From assembly GCA_963766735.1 (NCBI GenBank), contig CAVYBU010000007.1, positions 128,001 through 192,000 of the forward strand: a stretch of 64,000 nucleotides of DNA, read 5' to 3'. Position 1 is the first letter of the stretch. Each line of letters opens with the position of its first letter. Of this stretch, positions 58,820 to 64,000 are shown piece by piece. The notes under the pieces were generated by a model that saw only the letters and a list, made by a program, of their open reading frames with translations, was not told the DNA's origin and did not search any database. The stretch comes from an uncultured Chloroflexia bacterium. GTDB lineage: Bacteria > Chloroflexota > Limnocylindria > Limnocylindrales > CSP1-4. The position numbers and the translations under genes are program-made.

Positions 58820-59221
58820 CTAGAGGCGGATCGCCCGGTGGTGGCGGAGGCTGAGCCGCCCGTCCTCCCTGCGGTCGACCGCCACCAGGTCCACCCGGAT
58901 GGGGCTCGACGGCAGCGGGCGGCCATCGGGCAACGTGCCGGAGGCGAGCAGGGCACCGACGCCCCGTCGCAGGGCCGTGCGCTTCCGGTAGTCCAGCGTC
59001 TCCTCGGCCAGCCCGAAGTCGCGGCGTCCGCGCCGGCGGACCTCCAGCACGACGAGCGCCGGCGGCGGACCGGGATCGATCGCGACGAGATCCAGCTCGT
59101 CCCGGCCCAGGCGCACGTTCCTGGCGAGGATCGTCCAGCCGGACGCCTCTAGTCGGGCGGCGACCAGCCGCTCGCCCGCGTCGCCACTCCGCTGCGCGTC
59201 CGTGGATGCCTTCCGATGCAT
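58820..59221 (-). CDS. yraN: YraN family (UPF0102) endonuclease-like protein
   Basis: G..GE, GWTILARN, ELDLVA, LEVR.R, IRVDLVAV; follows rnhB. Confidence 0.88.
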   Translation of the reverse strand: MHRKASTDAQRSGDAGERLVAARLEASGWTILARNVRLGRDELDLVAIDPGPPPALVVLEVRRRGRRDFGLAEETLDYRKRTALRRGVGALLASGTLPDGRPLPSSPIRVDLVAVDRREDGRLSLRHHRAIRL

Positions 59222-59363
59222 CAGCGCAGGATGCGCGCAGGCGATCATCGGCCGCTTATCTCTCCCGGAGACCTGCTGCCGGATGCCCAGTTCCCCTGTG
59301 GGCGGGCGCCCGGTTCCCTTCTGGCTGAGCGACGGCTCGATGCCAGGAAACGACATGCCCGGG

Positions 59364-60095
59364 TCATCCGGGGGCTGCGAACGCCTCCTCGGCCAACGCG
59401 TCGACATCGCCTGCGACAACCTCGACGTCGGCCTCGCGGCCTGCGCCCTCGAACATGGAGAGCTGGTCGCCGGCGACCAGGACCCGGAGGGCCTGGAAGC
59501 TCCGCCGATGATGCGGAGTCAGGCCGTGTGCACGGATTGCATCGCGGTGCTCCTGGGTCGCGTACCCGGAGTTCCGTTCCCAGCCATATTCCGGGTAACG
59601 CTGCGCCAGGCGGGTCATCATCCGGTCCCGCACCGTCTTCGCCACGACGGACGCGCACGCGATCGAGTACACGAGGGCATCACCGTTGACGATCGCGGTG
59701 TACGGACCGACCTCGCGCTCGAAGCCGGCGATGCGCAGGCCGTCAACGAGGACATGATCGTGGTCGCCCAGGCGCTCGATCGCCCGGCGCATCGCCAGGT
59801 GGGTGGCGTGGTAGATGTTCAGCCGGTCGATATCGGCGACCGACGCTGCCCCCACGCCCACGGCGATGGCGCGACGACGGATCACGGGCGACAGACGCTC
59901 CCGCTGCGCCGCCGAGAGGGTCTTGGAGTCACGGACGCCGGGGATGCGGCGGCAGTTGGGCGGCATGATCACGGCGGCCGCGACAACGGCACCGCACGTC
60001 GGCGCCACTCCCACCTCGTCCACGCCCACGACCCGCATGGCGCCGTCGCGCCACAACGGGCGCTCCCAGCGAAGGCTCGGGACGATGATGGTCAT
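59364..60095 (-). CDS. rnhB: Ribonuclease HII
   Basis: GVDEVG, RDSKTL, LNIYHAT, LVDG, GD...SIACASVVAK..RD, GY, HRRSF. Confidence 0.92.
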   Translation of the reverse strand: MTIIVPSLRWERPLWRDGAMRVVGVDEVGVAPTCGAVVAAAVIMPPNCRRIPGVRDSKTLSAAQRERLSPVIRRRAIAVGVGAASVADIDRLNIYHATHLAMRRAIERLGDHDHVLVDGLRIAGFEREVGPYTAIVNGDALVYSIACASVVAKTVRDRMMTRLAQRYPEYGWERNSGYATQEHRDAIRAHGLTPHHRRSFQALRVLVAGDQLSMFEGAGREADVEVVAGDVDALAEEAFAAPG

Positions 60096-60482
60096 CGCCG
60101 GACAGCGTACCGCGCCGCGCGCCATTCACGGTCGGGTCCGAACCGGCATGGGCCGCGCTCTGCGTCGTCCGGCCCACCTGGCGTCCGACCGACCGGACCC
60201 GCGGCCGCCCAGGGCCCCAAATCGGGGACGTGGAGCGGCAGCGGGCGCTGTTCACCACCGAGGCGATGACGCCCGAGGTGGCGGAGCACCTCGCTGCCAT
60301 GAATGACCGCGGGGAGGGGCAGCGCCGCAGCTCCGTGATGTGGCTCCCGATGGGAGCGCGGCCAGACGGCTGCTGTCCGGATGTGGCTCCGGACGACCGC
60401 GGGCTGTCACCCGACGACAACGAGTCGCTCGTGTGATCCTGTTCCCTGGGTGCCTGAGGCGCTCGTCACGACGGGAGATGCG

Positions 60483-60992
60483 ATGCCCATCAGGGTGAGG
60501 CCTGCGACGGACGCGGATGTCCGGGAGTTCGCGGCATGGAGCTACGACCCGCCGTACGACGTGTACGACACCAGGATGGATCCGGACGACGCGGTGGACT
60601 ACTTCCTGGGATCCGATATCCACTGCCACGTGCTCGTCGACGGGGACGACGTCGTCGGGTATTGCACGTTCGGTCGGGACGCCCAGGTTCCCGGCGGCGA
60701 CTACGAGGGCGAAGGCCTTGACATGGGACTCGGCGTGAAGCCGTCCCGAACTGGATCCGGCGACGGTCACCAATTCATCGCGGCAGTTGTCGCCTACGCC
60801 ACGGAGACCTTCGAACCTCGCCAGCTTCGGGTAACGATCGCCGCAGGCAACCGGCGTGCCCTCCGTGCCTGGTCGGGCGCCGGTTTCACCGAAGTCTCAC
60901 GGTTTGGCAGTGCGCCCGAGGTGATGGGGTCGACGGAGTTCGTGGTCCTCGTGTGCGAGGCAAACCGGAGAGTGCAGGGAGGGCGGGTCTGA
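60483..60992 (+). CDS. GNAT family N-acetyltransferase
   Basis: WSYDPPYDVY, DMGLGVKPSRTGSGDG, N.RA....GF; GGGAG RBS. Confidence 0.85.
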   Translation: MPIRVRPATDADVREFAAWSYDPPYDVYDTRMDPDDAVDYFLGSDIHCHVLVDGDDVVGYCTFGRDAQVPGGDYEGEGLDMGLGVKPSRTGSGDGHQFIAAVVAYATETFEPRQLRVTIAAGNRRALRAWSGAGFTEVSRFGSAPEVMGSTEFVVLVCEANRRVQGGRV

Positions 60993-61033
60993 GGCCGCGA
61001 ACCGCGCGACCCGCGGTGGCTCCGGACATGAAG

Positions 61034-61058
61034 CGACCCCCGTGCGCGACGGGGGTCG
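61034..61058. terminator. Hairpin between the convergent GNAT gene and rplS
   Basis: CGACCCCCGT-GCGCG-ACGGGGGTCG, perfect 10-bp stem. Confidence 0.65.
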
Positions 61059-61092
61059 TTCGGGTCGCGCGGCCGATGGCCTCGGCCGGGAG

Positions 61093-61437
61093 CTAGCGTC
61101 GTTCGCGGAGCGTGGTCGCTGCCTTGCCGACGCGGTTGCGCAGGAAGTACAGCTTGGCGCGACGAACCTGACCGTGGCGTACGACCTCGATCCGCTCGAT
61201 CCGCGGGCTGTTCAGCTTGAAGGTGCGCTCCACGCCGACCCCGGAGGCGATGCGGCGAACGGTGATCGTGGACGCGATCCCGCTGTTGCGCATCCGCATC
61301 ACGAGGCCTTCGAAGACCTGCACGCGCTCGCGGGTGCCCTCGACGACCTTGGCGGCCACCTTCACGGTGTCACCGGGCGTGATCACCGGGAGGTCGGTGC
61401 GGATCTGGTCCTGGACGATCTCGTTCAGCACGTTCAC
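61093..61437 (-). CDS. rplS: 50S ribosomal protein L19
   Basis: [33 protein letters not shown]. Confidence 0.97.
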   Translation of the reverse strand: MNVLNEIVQDQIRTDLPVITPGDTVKVAAKVVEGTRERVQVFEGLVMRMRNSGIASTITVRRIASGVGVERTFKLNSPRIERIEVVRHGQVRRAKLYFLRNRVGKAATTLRERR

Positions 61438-61598
61438 GGGTGTTGGGTCCTTGTCGGTTCGTCAGCAGCGTCGGCCGCGGGGTCTCGGGATCCGGGACGG
61501 CGGCCGGGGAAAGGCACGCGCGACGGCGGAGGATAGCACGGCACCGGCCCGCGTGTCAGATCCGCGTCCCTGCGGGCCAGATTCGGGACGCTGACGAC

Positions 61599-62351
61599 TC
61601 AGGCTGGATCGCCCTCCGCTCCGTCGGCGGCGGGTTCGCGGAGCGCGTCGAGCACCTGCTGCTCCTCCTTGCTCAAGGGCCGATCCTCCAGCAGGTCCGG
61701 CCGCCGCTCCAGCGTCCTGCGCAGGGACTCGCGCAGGCGCCACTTCCGGACCTCCTCGTGATGGCCGGACACGAGGACAGGAGGCACGGACACGCCCTCG
61801 AAGGTTGCCGGACGTGTGTACTGCGGGTACTCCAGCAGGCCGTCGGCGAATGACTCCTCGGAGGTCGAGGCCGCGTCGATGGCGCCCGGGAGCAGCCGCA
61901 GGACGGCATCCACGATCACGAGCGCCGCCAGCTCGCCGCCCGTCAGCACGTAGTCCCCGATCGAGATCTCGCGATCCACCATCGACCGGATCCGCTCGTC
62001 GATGCCCTCGTAGCGCGGGCACAGGAAGACGAGGTGCGTGGCCGCGGCGAGGTCCTGGGCTACGGCCTGGCGGAACGGCTCCCCCGCCGGGTCCACGAGG
62101 ATCACCAATGAGTCCGGCCGGCGAAGCTCCGTGAGCGCCTCCGCGACGGGCTCCGGTCGCAGGACCATCCCGGCCCCGCCACCATACGTGTAGTCGTCCA
62201 CGGCGCGGTGGCGGCCCATGCCCCACTGGCGCAGGTCGCGGACGCGGACCTGGGCAAGGCCGCGCTCCAGGATGCGGCCCGGGATGCTCTCCCGCAGGGG
62301 CCCCTCGACCATCGGCGGGAAGAGGGTGAGGACGTCGATCTCGAGCGGCAT
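61599..62351 (-). CDS. trmD: tRNA (guanine-N1)-methyltransferase
   Basis: [45 protein letters not shown]. Confidence 0.96.
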   Translation of the reverse strand: MPLEIDVLTLFPPMVEGPLRESIPGRILERGLAQVRVRDLRQWGMGRHRAVDDYTYGGGAGMVLRPEPVAEALTELRRPDSLVILVDPAGEPFRQAVAQDLAAATHLVFLCPRYEGIDERIRSMVDREISIGDYVLTGGELAALVIVDAVLRLLPGAIDAASTSEESFADGLLEYPQYTRPATFEGVSVPPVLVSGHHEEVRKWRLRESLRRTLERRPDLLEDRPLSKEEQQVLDALREPAADGAEGDPA

Positions 62352-63082
62352 CAGCCCGTCGGGCTGGCGTCGTCCGATCCCGCCGGGGCGGGTGGGCGGG
62401 CCTTCGGCCGGGGCACCCCGTCCGTTCCGGGAGCGGCGGCCACCGGGCGCGGCTTCGGGGGTTTCGGCTTCTTCTTCGGCTTGCGGTCGCGCGGCCGGAC
62501 GTAGTCGTCGTCCTCGACCGGTCGGGCATCGAGCGCCAGCGCGTCGAGGTCCACGATCATCTCGCCGCGGTCGGGCGCCAGCTCGGTCACGATCCCGCGC
62601 ACTCCGGGCACGTCCAGCTCACCACGTGGACCGCGGACCACGAACACCTCGGCACCGCCGGCTCGGTAGATCTCCACGATCGTGCCAAGCTCCTCGCCGG
62701 ACGCGGCGCGGACGTTCAGGCCCTCCAGCTCGTGGAAGAACCAGAGGCCCGGCTCGCGCGGCTCGTCTGGGGCGTCGATCTCGAGGTAGACGTCCCGCAG
62801 CCGCTCCGCGGCGTTCCGGTCCGGGATCTCGCGGAACGTCAGCCACCAGCCGCGACCGTCCGGTACGGGCGAGGCCTCCGAGATGGTCAGCTTCTCCTGC
62901 GTGCCCTCCAGGTAGAGGGCGACGCCCGGGACCAGGCGGTCTTCCGGGCGGTCCGTGAGCAGCTCCACGCGGACGTGCCCGCGCAGCCCGCGGAACCCGC
63001 GGACGAGCGCGACGACGAGGCGTGTGGGCTCGCCGCCACCCGACGCGGGGCCTCCGGCGTGAGACGTGTTCGAGGGAGCCAG
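62351..63082 (-). CDS. rimM: Ribosome maturation factor RimM (probable CTG start)
   Basis: [32 protein letters not shown]-barrel; between khpA and trmD. Confidence 0.85.
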   Translation of the reverse strand: MAPSNTSHAGGPASGGGEPTRLVVALVRGFRGLRGHVRVELLTDRPEDRLVPGVALYLEGTQEKLTISEASPVPDGRGWWLTFREIPDRNAAERLRDVYLEIDAPDEPREPGLWFFHELEGLNVRAASGEELGTIVEIYRAGGAEVFVVRGPRGELDVPGVRGIVTELAPDRGEMIVDLDALALDARPVEDDDYVRPRDRKPKKKPKPPKPRPVAAAPGTDGVPRPKARPPAPAGSDDASPTG

Positions 63083-63092
63083 GATGGCCCCC

Positions 63093-63326
63093 TCAGACGA
63101 TCTCGAGGCTGACCGGCTCGCCCGTGCGGGCGGACGTCACCTTGAGCAGCGTCCGCAGCGCCTTGGCGACGCTGCCGTTGCGCCCGATGACCTTGCCCAT
63201 GTCGGACTCGGCCACGTGCAGCTCGATGATGGTTCCCTCCTCGCCGCGCACGACCTCGACCTTCACGGAATCGGGGTCATCCACGAGGGACTTGGCCACG
63301 TACTCGACAAGCTCTGCGGCTGCCAT
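63093..63326 (-). CDS. khpA: KH-domain RNA-binding protein KhpA
   Basis: LVDDPD, DMGKVIGRNG..AKALRTLL. Confidence 0.93.
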   Translation of the reverse strand: MAAAELVEYVAKSLVDDPDSVKVEVVRGEEGTIIELHVAESDMGKVIGRNGSVAKALRTLLKVTSARTGEPVSLEIV

Positions 63327-63332
63327 CGCGGC

Positions 63333-63587
63333 CTACTTCCCGCCCGGCAGCACGCCGGCCTGCTTGAAGAGCCGCTTGACGGTATCGGACGGCTGGGCTC
63401 CCTTGGCGAGCCAGTCCTTGGCCTTGGCCTCGTCGACCACGAGCTCGATCGGATCGGTGCGGGGGTTGTAGTGCCCGATCGTGTCGATGGCGCGGCCATC
63501 CCGGGCGGAACGGCTGTCGGCGACCACGAGCCGGTACGTCGGCTGCTTCGTCGCCCCGACGCGGGTCAGGCGGATTCGGACGGACAT
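63333..63587 (-). CDS. rpsP: 30S ribosomal protein S16
   Basis: [28 protein letters not shown]. Confidence 0.97.
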   Translation of the reverse strand: MSVRIRLTRVGATKQPTYRLVVADSRSARDGRAIDTIGHYNPRTDPIELVVDEAKAKDWLAKGAQPSDTVKRLFKQAGVLPGGK

Positions 63588-63668
63588 ATGGTGCGGTGCT
63601 CCTCCATGGGCGGGTCCAAGGGCCGGACCCGCGTTCTCTGGGCTGGGATGGACGTGGTTGGTGGCCGG

Positions 63669-64000
63669 TCAGTCCCCGGTCATGCTGATGACGATGGTTC
63701 CGTTGTCGATCGTCTCACCGGGCGCCATCGTACCGATGATGCTGTCGAACGCCTCGAGGTACGGCTTCGCATTGGCGTCGTAGTCGGCGCGGTCGCCGGC
63801 GGGGACCATCCCCTCGACGAAGCCCCGAACGCCCGCAACGTCGATCCAGGCGAGCGCCGCGCTGCTCGCGTCGGCCTTGGCCAGTGCCGTGGAGAACCGC
63901 TCGGTCTTGGCGAGCGAGTCGCCGGCGCGCGCGTCCAGGACCCCCTTGACGAAATCGCTTCCGTACCCGAGCACGACCACTTCGTCCGTGACGGCGTAGG
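63669..64000 (-). CDS. C-terminal part of a hypothetical protein (possibly DUF3352-like), starting beyond the window
   Basis: Frame open to the edge: YAVTDEVVVLG...DSLA...F..AL...AWID; strong codon bias. Confidence 0.6.
   Translation of the reverse strand, partial: YAVTDEVVVLGYGSDFVKGVLDARAGDSLAKTERFSTALAKADASSAALAWIDVAGVRGFVEGMVPAGDRADYDANAKPYLEAFDSIIGTMAPGETIDNGTIVISMTGD

Noticed and set aside
60230-60436. 68-aa ORF upstream of the GNAT gene
   Set aside because: Partly coding-like but no recognisable family or clear RBS; possibly a gene remnant, too weak to call.

Overview
A very GC-rich (roughly 70%, estimated by eye) bacterial chromosomal segment. Gene content and order (short-form EF-Ts, DUF6062, DUF3352-like gene, TANNNT leaderless promoters) suggest Chloroflexota, possibly Limnocylindria; this assignment is inference. 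The right ~38 kb is an almost continuous minus-strand housekeeping cluster: rpsP-khpA-rimM-trmD-rplS, rnhB-yraN, rpsB-tsf-pyrH-frr-uppS-cdsA-dxr-rseP-ispG, nusA-rnpM-infB-rbfA-nrnA-truB-ribF, rpsO-pnp, asd-udg-rnj-ftsK-rodZ-cinA-murC-yajQ-ALS-like. The left ~26 kb is accessory: rocD flanked by two AlaDH/PNT-family paralogs, VanW, ComB, a two-component pair, ABC and ECF transporters, GH18, a BNR propeller with MoaD, and a methyltransferase. I saw no tRNA, rRNA, CRISPR array, transposase or phage genes. Two observations stand out. (1) PNPase carries a complete DEDDh (DnaQ-like) 3'-5' exonuclease domain in frame where the alpha-helical domain normally lies. (2) An unannotated ~340-nt intergenic region (24420-24765) has its own -10 box and many nested perfect helices, and is a candidate novel structured ncRNA. 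Smaller oddities are an asymmetric ECF ATPase pair, a RibF with a degenerate kinase domain, an RNase HII lacking the GRG motif, beta-clamp-like motifs on UDG and RNase HII, a probable CTG start for rimM, an unannotated 36-aa membrane protein, and repeat-built acidic tails on NusA, RpsB and the ALS-like enzyme. Some single-base frameshifts in homopolymers may be sequencing errors.
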